From contig JAPLUY010000058.1 of NCBI GenBank assembly GCA_026397385.1, positions 1 to 55,462 on the forward strand: a stretch of 55,462 nucleotides of DNA, written 5' to 3'. The notes beneath the pieces were generated by a model. It was given only the letters and a program-made list of their open reading frames with translations, was not told the origin of the DNA and made no database searches. Shown here piece by piece: positions 24,167 to 33,358 of this stretch. The stretch is from Candidatus Aenigmatarchaeota archaeon. Its GTDB lineage: Archaea > Aenigmatarchaeota > Aenigmatarchaeia > CG10238-14 > SCSR01. Numbering within the stretch: position 1 is the first letter of the stretch; the number at the start of each line of letters is the position of its first letter. A program made the position numbers and the translations under genes.

Positions 24167-25630
24167 TTACTCGAGCTCCAACGGCTTCGAGACGATGCGC
24201 TTCGTCTGCCGCTTGTGGTTCATATACTCCATTCCCGCGGCGGGCAGGCGGACGCTGCCTATAACGTCGACGTTCGTCTTCAGCCTGTACGTAAGCACGC
24301 GCTCCTCGAGGGGTTTCAAGGACTTGATCTTCCATGTGAGTTGCGTGCCGTACTCGTTCCTCTTCGTGTCCGGACGCATCGTGTCGAACTTTTCGACGAG
24401 CGACGCTATCGGCGGTATCGAATCGGTCACGGTGATGTTCTTCAGTTCGTACAGCGTCGCATTGCGCATCTCGATCAGTGCCGTGACCTCCTTGCCGCGT
24501 TTTAGAGGGCCAACCATTATGACGTTCTTGCTTATCCGTGGAGTGAAGACGTAGGCGAATGCCACGTAGACTAAAAGCGCTATGACGAGGCCGCTGATCC
24601 ATATGCTGACGAATCGTATCTCGTAAGTCACGCTAGTTGTCTCGCCGGGATTCAGGCGAGTTATCGTCCATACGTACGTCACCTTGCCGTCGGCGTTCTC
24701 AATCGAGCTCGGCGGGGTGACCGGATAGAAAAGCTTTGTTACGATGCCGGAAACGCTCTCGGTTACGTTGAAGTATCTCTGCGCGAAGTTGCCGTCGTTC
24801 TTTATCGTTATCACCTTCGTCTGCGCGAAGGGCGTGTACGACACGGACTTGTCGTAAAGCAGCGACGTCAACGGGTTCACCTCGAAGTAGACGGAACGGG
24901 TGTCTATGAGCGTGTTCAGCGAGTCCTTGAGCGTCGCGGAGAGCGTGTACGTGCCGTTCGCCTGGTACTTTTCTAAGCAGTACTGGTGCGAGACCGAGCC
25001 CAGCGACTTGCTGCCGACGTTCAGCGAGTCGTCATTCAGGCGCTTGACTACGCTCGAATCCTTGTTGTCGGATATCACCGTCGACAGCCTGTACTGCCCT
25101 AGCGTGAGGCCGAGGTTCGTCACGTCAATCCGCACGTTCATGCACTGCGCCGGATCGAGGGTATAATCGTCTAAGAATATGTCCGATATCCCTACCAGGA
25201 TGTTCCTCTGGATATGGACTGTCACGACCGCCGATGAGTTAGCGCCGCCGGACATCAATGTGGAGGTCGCTGTCACAGTGAAGTTCGTGGAAAGGACCGT
25301 CGCGTTTTCGGCCGCGAAGAAGTATAGCTTCAGCGTCGCGCTCGAGGCGGGCGCGAGGCCGATTATCTTGCTCTGTCCAAGCGTGGGCGTTATGTTGTAG
25401 TACGTCGTGCTCGGCCAGACACTTACGGAGAAGTCGTCCGTGAAAGTCTGGTCGTTCGTCACGGTGACATCGACCGACTTGGTCCCGTTGTTGACTATGT
25501 AGACGTCCGAGGGCACTATGGTGACGGCTACTCCATCGGCCTTAGCCGCCTGCGACGAGGCCAAGAGGAGGATTGAGACTAGCGCGACCGCGAGCACTGC
25601 GGCACGCTCGGATGATTTGGCACGGACCAT
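24167..25630 (-). CDS. secreted/membrane-anchored surface protein with Ig-like (CARDB/DUF11-like) repeats (487 aa)
   Basis: N-terminal signal peptide (AAVLAVALVSILLLASSQAAKA), many N-x-S/T sequons, one TM helix (ISGLVIALLVYVAFAYVF) and a C-terminal beta-rich domain. Family assignment is tentative. Confidence 0.65.
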   Translation of the reverse strand: MVRAKSSERAAVLAVALVSILLLASSQAAKADGVAVTIVPSDVYIVNNGTKSVDVTVTNDQTFTDDFSVSVWPSTTYYNITPTLGQSKIIGLAPASSATLKLYFFAAENATVLSTNFTVTATSTLMSGGANSSAVVTVHIQRNILVGISDIFLDDYTLDPAQCMNVRIDVTNLGLTLGQYRLSTVISDNKDSSVVKRLNDDSLNVGSKSLGSVSHQYCLEKYQANGTYTLSATLKDSLNTLIDTRSVYFEVNPLTSLLYDKSVSYTPFAQTKVITIKNDGNFAQRYFNVTESVSGIVTKLFYPVTPPSSIENADGKVTYVWTITRLNPGETTSVTYEIRFVSIWISGLVIALLVYVAFAYVFTPRISKNVIMVGPLKRGKEVTALIEMRNATLYELKNITVTDSIPPIASLVEKFDTMRPDTKRNEYGTQLTWKIKSLKPLEERVLTYRLKTNVDVIGSVRLPAAGMEYMNHKRQTKRIVSKPLELE

Positions 25631-25738
25631 TGCGACACGCTCGCTCGATAATCGTCTCTAGGTTCTCTGATATTACATTTCGGTCTCCGGTATATTAAGT
25701 TTAAAGCCGGTTTTCCGATGTTCGGCCAGGACGCTCGC

Positions 25739-26440
25739 TCATCTGCCGAGTTTCTTTAGGAAATCCGCGAAGCTCGTCTTCTTTGCCGGTTGCTTCTCCA
25801 TGGGACGCACTTCCTTGAGCCTTTTCCTCAGCGCGTCCTCTATGTAGTTGCCTATCGGCTTGAACTTGATTTCCTTTCCGCCTTGAGACTGCACGATGTA
25901 GGATATCTCGTACTTCTTGTTGTAGGTGTTAACGAACGTGAGGTTCTCGAAGTCTATGCGCCGCGGTTTTATAGGAGTCTCGGTCGAGTATCCCACGGGC
26001 ACAATCGTCATCGGCCGCACCTCGTTCGGCAGCTCAAGGACGTGCCCTACGCGGTCCTCGTCGAAAGCGCCGACCCAGCAGGTCTTCAGCCCGAGCGCCT
26101 CGGCCGCGAGCATCATGGCCATGGTAGCGGCGGCGGTGTCCTGAACGCCATAGAGCGCCTCGCCGCGCTTCCCATAGTGCATGGCGATCTTCTCCTTGTC
26201 CATGCACACGACTATGACGACCGGCGCGGTGTGGATGAAATCCTGCTTCAGCGCAGCGTCCGCGAGCTTCTCCTTGATTTCCTGGTCCTTCACGACTATG
26301 AACATCCAATCCTGCGTATTGCCAGCCGACGGCGCGTGAGTGGCCGCGTGCAGCATCACGCCTATCAGCTTGTCGTCCACGGGCTCCTTGGTGAAGCTGC
26401 GCGTGCTGCGACGATTGAATATGCAGTCGAAGACGTTCAT
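25739..26440 (-). CDS. nitroreductase family protein (~233 aa)
   Basis: NRRSTRSFT...APSAGNTQDW is the hallmark of the nitroreductase fold. ATG at 26440 (the ORF-track start at 26458 is a GTG). It has a C-terminal Lys-rich extension. Confidence 0.85.
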   Translation of the reverse strand: MNVFDCIFNRRSTRSFTKEPVDDKLIGVMLHAATHAPSAGNTQDWMFIVVKDQEIKEKLADAALKQDFIHTAPVVIVVCMDKEKIAMHYGKRGEALYGVQDTAAATMAMMLAAEALGLKTCWVGAFDEDRVGHVLELPNEVRPMTIVPVGYSTETPIKPRRIDFENLTFVNTYNKKYEISYIVQSQGGKEIKFKPIGNYIEDALRKRLKEVRPMEKQPAKKTSFADFLKKLGR

Positions 26441-26515
26441 CTGACACCCTCTCGGCACTTAAGCCTAAAACTAATTCGCGTGGCAGATGTAAATCCTTTT
26501 CTGTGCTTCGCCGGT

Positions 26516-26722
26516 TCAGAGCCGGCGGCAGTAGCCGCACTTGGGGCAGACCCAGATGTCGGAATCGGATTTTTTCGTCATACCGGCATCCCCGGACACC
26601 AGGGTCTCCTTCGTCATCTGCACCTTCTCAGGATTCTGATGACAGTTCTCGCAGACGCCGAAAGTCCACCTTTCGTGTATTATGCGGCTCTCGTCCATTA
26701 CTACCATAGCGCTCATCCTCAT
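26516..26722 (-). CDS. small zinc-ribbon protein (68 aa)
   Basis: CENC...CPKC is a four-Cys arrangement. ATG at 26722. No family recognised. Confidence 0.5.
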   Translation of the reverse strand: MRMSAMVVMDESRIIHERWTFGVCENCHQNPEKVQMTKETLVSGDAGMTKKSDSDIWVCPKCGYCRRL

Positions 26723-26837
26723 CTCGGCCGCGAACCCGGCGCACGGCCGATCGGTGTCGCAAAACCCAGAAAAGTTTTTAATAGAAAATTATAAACATCT
26801 CCTAATTTAAATCTTGAATTAGGTTTAGGGTGACCGT

Positions 26838-28514
26838 ATGGACTATGACAAGCTCGCGGAAGTGTACGAAAGGCTAGAAGACATGCCTTCGAAGCTAGGG
26901 AAGAGGGACATACTGGCGAAGCTTTTCGAGGAATCGCCTGCTTCCGACCTGGAAAAGATAGTCCTTCTCGCGACCGGCCAGGTCTTCCCGTCGTACTCGG
27001 AGGAGGAGCTTGGCGTGGCGGAGAAGATGATGCGACGCGCTATCGAGAAGGCCACGGGTCACTCCGAGACGCAGGTTGTAGAGGAGTTCAAACGCACTGG
27101 CGATTTCGGGCTCACGGCGGAAAACTTCGTCAAGTCCACAAAGCAGTCCACGCTAATGAGGAGGAAGCTGACGGTCGACAAGGTCTTCGGGAGCCTGAAG
27201 GAGCTGCCGGAGGCGGTCGGCGCAGGTTCGCAGGATCGCAAGCTGAACATCATAGCCGAGCTCATCTCGTCGGCGACGCCGAAGGAAGCGAAGTACATCG
27301 TGCGCACGGCGCTCGGCACGCTGAGGATAGGCGTGGCAGAGGGCATAGTGCGCGATGCCATAGCGAAGGCATTCGGCGCAGAGGCTTCGAACGTCGAGCA
27401 CGCGTGGAACATGATGCCCGACTACGGGCACATCGCGGCCATAGCGAAGACGAAGGGCGACGAGGGCTTGAAGAAGATCGGGATAAAGCTGGGAGTGTCG
27501 CTGCAGGTGCTGCTAGCGGAGAAGGCGCCGGACCTCAAGACTGCGCTTGAGGCTTTCGAGCGGTCGATTATCGAGGTCAAGTACGATGGCGCGCGAGTGC
27601 AGATACACAAGAACCGCGATAAGGTGAATCTGTTTACGTGCAGATTGGAGGAGGTCACCCGCCAGTTCCCGGACATAGTCAAGCTCGTGAAGGAGAACGT
27701 TCACGCCGACACATGCATCCTGGACTGCGAGGCCGTTGGTGTGGACAGGCACACAGGACGCCCGGTGCCGTTCCAGCAATTATCGCAGCGCGTGCAGCGC
27801 AAGCACGACATCGAGCGCATGATGGAGGAGCTACCGATACAGGTGAACATCTTCGACGTGCTCTACGTGAACGGACGCTCCGTGCTGGACGAGAAGCTGT
27901 CCGACAGGCGCGACGAGATGGAAAAAATCATAAAGGTCGTTCCCGGCAAGTTCCAGTTCACCGAGTACGTTATAACGAAGGATTTGAAGATTGCGGAGAA
28001 ATTCTACAAGCACGCTCTCGAAATCGGCGAGGAAGGCGTCATGGTCAAAAACCTAGACTCGGAATATTTGCCTGGAAGGAGGGTGGGGTACTGGCTGAAG
28101 GTCAAGCCCACGATGGAACCGCTCGATCTAGTTGTCATAGGCGCCGAGTGGGGCACGGGCAAGCGCACTAACTGGCTGAGCAGCTACGTGCTCGGATGCC
28201 GCGACCCCGCGACAGGCAATTTCCTGCGGTGCGGCATGATGGGCACGGGTCTGACCGACGATCAGTTCAGGGAGATGACTAAGAAGCTGCAGCCACTGAT
28301 ACTCGAGGAGCACGGGCGCAGCGTCACGTTCAAGCCTAGCACGGTCTTCGAGATCGGCTACCAGGAGATTCAGCGCTCGACGAACTATGATTCGGGCTTC
28401 GCGCTGCGTTTCCCCGTCCTTCTGCGCGACCGCAGCGCCGACAAGGGTCCCGAAGAGGCGGACACAATCGACCGCCTGCGAAAGCTGTATGAGTCGCAGA
28501 AGAAAAAGTCCTGA
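26838..28514 (+). CDS. lig: ATP-dependent DNA ligase
   Basis: 558 aa. Adenylation motif EVKYDGARVQIH (KxDG), EGVMVK and WLKVK motifs. Confidence 0.95.
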   Translation: MDYDKLAEVYERLEDMPSKLGKRDILAKLFEESPASDLEKIVLLATGQVFPSYSEEELGVAEKMMRRAIEKATGHSETQVVEEFKRTGDFGLTAENFVKSTKQSTLMRRKLTVDKVFGSLKELPEAVGAGSQDRKLNIIAELISSATPKEAKYIVRTALGTLRIGVAEGIVRDAIAKAFGAEASNVEHAWNMMPDYGHIAAIAKTKGDEGLKKIGIKLGVSLQVLLAEKAPDLKTALEAFERSIIEVKYDGARVQIHKNRDKVNLFTCRLEEVTRQFPDIVKLVKENVHADTCILDCEAVGVDRHTGRPVPFQQLSQRVQRKHDIERMMEELPIQVNIFDVLYVNGRSVLDEKLSDRRDEMEKIIKVVPGKFQFTEYVITKDLKIAEKFYKHALEIGEEGVMVKNLDSEYLPGRRVGYWLKVKPTMEPLDLVVIGAEWGTGKRTNWLSSYVLGCRDPATGNFLRCGMMGTGLTDDQFREMTKKLQPLILEEHGRSVTFKPSTVFEIGYQEIQRSTNYDSGFALRFPVLLRDRSADKGPEEADTIDRLRKLYESQKKKS

Positions 28515-28576
28515 AGAATTACGGCCAAAGGCTGGCGTGGACTACTTGCAAGATATAAAAACTTATATATTAAATC

Positions 28577-28586
28577 ACTAATTAGT
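28577..28586. promoter_or_regulatory. perfect 10-bp palindrome ACTAATTAGT next to TATA-like elements upstream of the TrmB-family gene
   Basis: The sequence GATATAAAAACTTATATATTAAATCACTAATTAGTTAAAAC lies about 65 nt upstream of ATG 28650. This is a candidate operator with no experimental support. Confidence 0.3.
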
Positions 28587-28649
28587 TAAAACAAGGGACG
28601 GCTGTGAGTTTTCGAGCGCGCCCCTGTCCGCGAGGCCAGAGGATAAACA

Positions 28650-29465
28650 ATGATTGTCTCTTCAAGAGTCATGGATGCGCTGAAGGGCATCGGACTCAAC
28701 CTCTACGAACGAAGACTATGGGTCGCATTGCTCGCACGCGGCACATCAACGGCGGGCGAACTTTCCGAGATAGCGAACGTGCCGAGGTCTCGATCGTACG
28801 ACATACTGCAGAGCCTTTCTGAGAAGGGTTTCGTCATCGTGCAGACGGGCAAGCCGATACGCTACGTGACTGTCCGTCCGGCGGAGGCGCTCGACCGAGC
28901 TAAGACCAAGCTCGAGGAGGAAGTGCACTCTATAGAGGATCGCATAGAAGACCTGAAGGGCTCGCCGACGATGAAGGAGATGGATGAGCTGTTCTCAAAG
29001 GGGATGAAGATCACGACGCCTGAGGAGATGACGGGAGCGCTGAAGGGCAGGTACTCCGTATCGCAGCAAATCGGCTCTATGCTGAAGGATGCGAGCAAGA
29101 GCATCAACATCGTCACGAACGAGGCCGGACTCGATGAGTTGTTATCAAATCACTTCGACGTGTTGCGCGATGCGAAGGAGCGCGGCGTCAACATAAAGAT
29201 AGCCGCGAACGCGGCCAAGACGCCCGATAGCGCCAAGTCCCTGAACAGCGTGGGCGAGGTGCGAACCATAAGCAAGAAGGACCTAGCCATCGACGGCAAG
29301 TTCTTCATCGTCGACGGGAAGGAGATGCTGATGCCGCTCACGGATCCGAAGGTCGTGCACGACACGCAGGACATAGCGATATGGAGCAAGAGCAACTATG
29401 CGGCGAGCAACCTGCTCAACCCCATCTTCGACCATCTCTGGACGCATGGCAAGTCGCTGAAATAG
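28650..29465 (+). CDS. TrmB family transcriptional regulator (271 aa)
   Basis: N-terminal winged helix LGLNLYERRLWVALLARGTSTAGELSEIANVPRSRSYDILQSLSEKGFV, typical of TrmB, plus a C-terminal TrmB-C-like domain. Confidence 0.8.
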   Translation: MIVSSRVMDALKGIGLNLYERRLWVALLARGTSTAGELSEIANVPRSRSYDILQSLSEKGFVIVQTGKPIRYVTVRPAEALDRAKTKLEEEVHSIEDRIEDLKGSPTMKEMDELFSKGMKITTPEEMTGALKGRYSVSQQIGSMLKDASKSINIVTNEAGLDELLSNHFDVLRDAKERGVNIKIAANAAKTPDSAKSLNSVGEVRTISKKDLAIDGKFFIVDGKEMLMPLTDPKVVHDTQDIAIWSKSNYAASNLLNPIFDHLWTHGKSLK

Positions 29466-29474
29466 ACGCTGCGT

Positions 29475-31208
29475 CTACTCGATCGATTTCTTCTCGACCT
29501 TTTCGCAGACCATCTTCGCGAAGTCCGAAGGCTTCACGCCGTACTCGACCTTGCCGTCGCGTCCGCGTACGGCCACCGTGTTGGCAGCCTGCTCCTTCTC
29601 GCCCACGACCAGCACGTAGGGCACCTTGTGCAGCTGCGCCTCGCGCACCTTGTAGTCCATCGTGCTGCTGTTAAGGTCCGCTTCGACGCGCAGCCCCGCG
29701 GCTTCGAGCTCGGATGCGATCTTGCGCGCGTACTCGTTGTTCTTCTCGCTTATGGGTACGACGCTCGCCTGCATAGGCGCGAGCCATAGCGGGAACTTGC
29801 CGCTGAAGTGCTCCACCAGTATTCCGAGGAACCGTTCAATCGAGCCCATTAGCGTGCGGTGTATCATAACCACGCGGTGCGGCTTGTTGTCCGCGCCAGT
29901 GTAGTTGAGGTCGAACTTCTCGGGCATGGTCATGTCCAGCTGTATCGTGCCGCACTGCCACGTTCGTCCCATCGCGTCCTTGATGTGGAAGTCTATCTTC
30001 GGCCCGTAGAACGCGCCGTCGCCGGGGTTCAGCTTGTATGGGAGCTTGACCGAATCAAGCGCGCCTTTCAACCCGGCCTCGGCTGCGGCCCACTGTTCGT
30101 CGCTGCCTATGGACTTCTCCGGCCTCGTCGAAAGCTCCATATGGTACTCGAAGCCGAAGGTCTTGTAGAACCCGGTTATCAGTTTTATCACGCCGACTAT
30201 CTCATCCTTGATCTGGTCGTCACGCATGAAGATGTGCGCATCGTCCTGCGTGAAGCATCGCACGCGGAACAGGCCTGAGAGCACGCCCGACAGCTCATGC
30301 CGGTGCACCAGCCCGAGCTCGAACATCCTTATGGGGAGGTTGCGGTACGAATGCACTTTCGAACGAAATATCAGTATTCCGCCGGGGCAGTTCATCGGCT
30401 TCACCGCGTAGTCCTCGTTGTCTATCTTCGTGAAGTACATGTTCTCGCGGTACTTGTCCCAGTGCCCGCTTATTTCCCAGAGCTGTTTGTTCAATATTAC
30501 CGGGGTCTTGGCCTCGATGTATCCGCCCTGCTTGTGCAGTTCCTTCCAGTACTTCAGCAGCTCGTTTATCACGACCATGCCGTTGTTGTGGAAGAACGGC
30601 ATCCCAGGCGCGGCGTCATGGAAGCTGTAAAGATCCATCTGCTGCCCGATAACGCGGTGGTCGTTCGGAGGAAGCTCGTTCGCATCGACCTTCGCCGCCC
30701 TGAACATGACCGCTTTCTTCTCATCGAGCGACTTTTCGTCGAGCTTTGCTATCTCGCGTTCGACGGCCTTCGGCGCCGAGTGTTTCGCTCCATCGCCTGA
30801 CTTGCCGTAGCTGTGCAGCTGCTCTGCCATCGGATGGCCCTTCGCCGCGATGGTGAACTTCTTCGTCCATCCGAACGGCGCGCGCACTACGTCGAGCTTC
30901 AGCGACTTTGCATACGTCTCCATGTCCTTCATCACGGCCAGCGCCGTATCCGGATCCGCAAGCTCGCTGCTTAGGTGAGCGTACGGGTACAGGATAACGC
31001 GCTCGACCTTCATGGTCTTCATGAACTTCGCGGCATCGTCGACCGCGGCCTTGCCGACGCTCGCGTCGTCGCCCTTCTCCACGCATGTCATCAAAACTAG
31101 TATGTCCTCCAGCCTCGTCTTCTTCTTTTCGACGTCCTCGGCGTTCGGCGCTTCCTTCTTCGTCGGTTCGTATTCTATGTAGTCCGAGTGCAGTTGCAAT
31201 ATCTTCAT
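29475..31208 (-). CDS. thrS: threonine--tRNA ligase (archaeal type with N-terminal editing domain)
   Basis: 577 aa with the archaeal editing-domain start MKILQLHSDYIEYEP, a class II catalytic core (FRSKVHSYRNLPIRMFELG, HRHELSG, RVRCFTQDDAHIF) and an anticodon-binding C-terminus. Confidence 0.95.
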   Translation of the reverse strand: MKILQLHSDYIEYEPTKKEAPNAEDVEKKKTRLEDILVLMTCVEKGDDASVGKAAVDDAAKFMKTMKVERVILYPYAHLSSELADPDTALAVMKDMETYAKSLKLDVVRAPFGWTKKFTIAAKGHPMAEQLHSYGKSGDGAKHSAPKAVEREIAKLDEKSLDEKKAVMFRAAKVDANELPPNDHRVIGQQMDLYSFHDAAPGMPFFHNNGMVVINELLKYWKELHKQGGYIEAKTPVILNKQLWEISGHWDKYRENMYFTKIDNEDYAVKPMNCPGGILIFRSKVHSYRNLPIRMFELGLVHRHELSGVLSGLFRVRCFTQDDAHIFMRDDQIKDEIVGVIKLITGFYKTFGFEYHMELSTRPEKSIGSDEQWAAAEAGLKGALDSVKLPYKLNPGDGAFYGPKIDFHIKDAMGRTWQCGTIQLDMTMPEKFDLNYTGADNKPHRVVMIHRTLMGSIERFLGILVEHFSGKFPLWLAPMQASVVPISEKNNEYARKIASELEAAGLRVEADLNSSTMDYKVREAQLHKVPYVLVVGEKEQAANTVAVRGRDGKVEYGVKPSDFAKMVCEKVEKKSIE

Positions 31209-31386
31209 TACAGGTTCCTCCTTTCGGTAATTCTAATTCGTGCGTCAGATTCAATTAACTTTGCATGCTGGCATTCTAGAAGCAGAGACGGGCGTCTGAG
31301 CGCGTTACACCATGACCGCTGTTTGACATCCACCGTGCACTTCCAGCACCTTCGACAATTCTACAATTTAATAAGCAGAACAACGC

Positions 31387-31396
31387 TTATATATTT
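31387..31396 (+). promoter_or_regulatory. TATA-like box upstream of tRNA-Gln
   Basis: TTATATATTT is centred about 40 nt upstream of the tRNA 5' end. Confidence 0.3.
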
Positions 31397-31430
31397 TCGC
31401 GATGCAGTTGATTTCATCCGTGCATTACGC

Positions 31431-31503
31431 AGCCCCGTAGTCTAGTGGCCAAGGATGCGGGCCTCTGGAGCCTGAGACGGCGGTTCGAATCCGCCCGGGG
31501 CTA
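31431..31503 (+). tRNA. tRNA-Gln (anticodon CUG)
   Basis: AGCCCCGTAGTCTAGTGGCCAAGGATGCGGGCCTCTGGAGCCTGAGACGGCGGTTCGAATCCGCCCGGGGCTA. It has an A1-U72 pair, anticodon loop CTCTGGA and T loop TTCGAAT. Confidence 0.9.
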
Positions 31504-31583
31504 TAAATTCCTCGCCCACTGAAAACTTTCCGATAATTATGCAGAAAAACGCAACACAAGACGGCGACGCACAGACAATGCGT

Positions 31584-31739
31584 TCAGTGCCTTCTGGAGT
31601 CCTTGACCTTCTGCTCGAGGTACTTGATCTTGCTCTGCAAGAAGCGTATCTGCTTCACGTTGTTCGCTGAGAAAAGCGCGCTTCGCGCCTCGAACAGCTG
31701 CTCCTCGAACATGTCCGGGTTCTCTATTTTTCCGTTCAT
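31584..31739 (-). CDS. possible small coiled-coil protein (51 aa)
   Basis: Not in the ORF track. MNGKIENPDMFEEQLFEARSALFSANNVKQIRFLQSKIKYLEQKVKDSRRH* has more host-like codon usage than the overlapping 75-aa Arg/Ala-rich ORF 31537..31764. Confidence 0.35.
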   Translation of the reverse strand: MNGKIENPDMFEEQLFEARSALFSANNVKQIRFLQSKIKYLEQKVKDSRRH

Positions 31740-31847
31740 CAGTGCCTACCTTTTTTGTATTCACTATTGAGTAGTAGTTACTATATAAGGTTTACTATTC
31801 TCCAGTAGCTAAATCTTTATTAATATCACGCTTTCCAAAGGGATTTT

Positions 31848-32471
31848 ATGCCATACGACGATATGGTCGTGCCCGAGAAGGCGATAAAGGAGGCCGCGGG
31901 CATCGTCCGAGCGGGCGGGCTTGTGGTATACCCGACGGAGACCGTGTACGGCATTGGCGCGTGCGCCAGCAACCGAATCGCCGTGCTGAAGGTCTTCGCC
32001 GCGAAGAAGCGGCCGCTCGACAATCCGTTGTCAGTGGCCGTGCACGACATGAAGCAGGCCGACGAGATCGCATACGTGAACGCTGCTGCCCGCAAGCTGG
32101 CCGAGGCGTTCCTACCGGGGCCGCTGACCATCGTGCTGAAGAAGAAAGCACGCCTGCCGGAAGAACTGACTGCAGGTTCGGACAAGGTCGGCATACGCAT
32201 ACCGAGCAACAGCGCAGCGCTCAGACTGATTGAGCTGGCCGGACCTATTACTGCGACCTCGGCTAACATCTCGGGACGGCCGTCGATAACCACGGCGGAC
32301 GAGGCTCGCGAGCAGCTGGACGGACGCGTGGATTTCGTGCTAGACGGCGGTCCCAGCCGCATAGGAGTCGAGTCCACGGTCGTTGACGTGTCAGAGGATG
32401 GCGTCTTCGAGATACTGCGCGACGGGGCGGTGGCACGCGTCGACATAAAGCGAGTCCTCGCGTTAAGGTGA
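31848..32471 (+). CDS. tsaC: L-threonylcarbamoyladenylate synthase (YrdC/Sua5/TsaC family, YrdC domain only)
   Basis: 207 aa. VVYPTETVYGIGA, KKRPLDNPL, GPLTIVL, GIRIPS and TSANISG are typical YrdC-domain motifs. Confidence 0.9.
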   Translation: MPYDDMVVPEKAIKEAAGIVRAGGLVVYPTETVYGIGACASNRIAVLKVFAAKKRPLDNPLSVAVHDMKQADEIAYVNAAARKLAEAFLPGPLTIVLKKKARLPEELTAGSDKVGIRIPSNSAALRLIELAGPITATSANISGRPSITTADEAREQLDGRVDFVLDGGPSRIGVESTVVDVSEDGVFEILRDGAVARVDIKRVLALR

Positions 32472-32496
32472 AAAACCTAACTGTCAATGAAATATT

Positions 32497-33318
32497 ATGA
32501 AATCCTTGAGTCCGATAACCGACGTCGCGCCGACAGGCCGGGCCGAGATAGGCATAATCGGTGGTACGGGCGTTTACGACGACAGTCTGCTGAAGGACAG
32601 GTCCGAGCTCACTCTTGCCACGCCTTTCGGCCATCCGTCCGACAGGATAGTGCTAGGCACGCTCGCAGGAAGACGCATCGCTTTCATCAACAGGCACGGT
32701 CCGCGACATTCAATACCGCCGCACATGGTCAACAGCCGAGCAAACATCTACGCACTGAAGAAACTAGGCGTGACCCGGATACTCGCTACCGGCGCGGTGG
32801 GTTCGCTGAAGGGAGCGTACATGCCGGGTGACGTTGTGCTCGCGGACCAGTTCGTGGATTTCACGAAGACGAGGCAGTACTCCTTCTTCAACCGCGACGG
32901 CGTGTATCACGTCTCGCTCGCGGATCCCTTCTGCCAGGAGCTGCGCATGGCGCTCGAGCGCTCGGCCGTGGCTCTGAAAATGGACGTGACGTGCACCGGA
33001 ACATATGTCTGCATCGAGGGGCCGCGGTTTTCCACGAGGGCGGAAAGCAGGATGTATCGCAATTTCGGAGACATAATCGGCATGACCTTGGTGCCGGAGT
33101 GCCAGCTGGCCCGCGAAGCGGAACTGTGCTATGCGTCGATAAACGCGATAACCGACTATGACGTCTGGGCCGAGAACCCCGTGTCAATGGAGGAGATTTC
33201 TGCGAACATGAAAAAGAGCGCGTGGAAGGTGAAGAGGCTCATCACGGATGTCGTGAGCAACATCCCTCGCGTCCGCGGATGTGAATGCGGCCGTGCCCTG
33301 AAGAACGCCGCGGCATGA
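32497..33318 (+). CDS. mtnP: S-methyl-5'-thioadenosine phosphorylase
   Basis: 273 aa. IGIIGGTGVYD, FINRHGPRH, GPRFSTRAES and GMTLVPE are purine nucleoside phosphorylase/MTAP motifs. Confidence 0.9.
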   Translation: MKSLSPITDVAPTGRAEIGIIGGTGVYDDSLLKDRSELTLATPFGHPSDRIVLGTLAGRRIAFINRHGPRHSIPPHMVNSRANIYALKKLGVTRILATGAVGSLKGAYMPGDVVLADQFVDFTKTRQYSFFNRDGVYHVSLADPFCQELRMALERSAVALKMDVTCTGTYVCIEGPRFSTRAESRMYRNFGDIIGMTLVPECQLAREAELCYASINAITDYDVWAENPVSMEEISANMKKSAWKVKRLITDVVSNIPRVRGCECGRALKNAAA

Positions 33319-33358
33319 GTAAGAAGGCCTTTATTACACTCGCGGCGAAAAACTATTT

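Noticed and set aside
25790-26794. 334-aa ORF on the plus strand
   Set aside because: It is antisense to the nitroreductase and zinc-ribbon genes. The nitroreductase motifs on the minus strand are decisive.
31537-31764. 75-aa ORF from the track
   Set aside because: It is Arg/Ala-rich with poor codon usage. A different frame on the same strand (31584..31739) gives a more protein-like 51-aa sequence, though that one is also only tentative.
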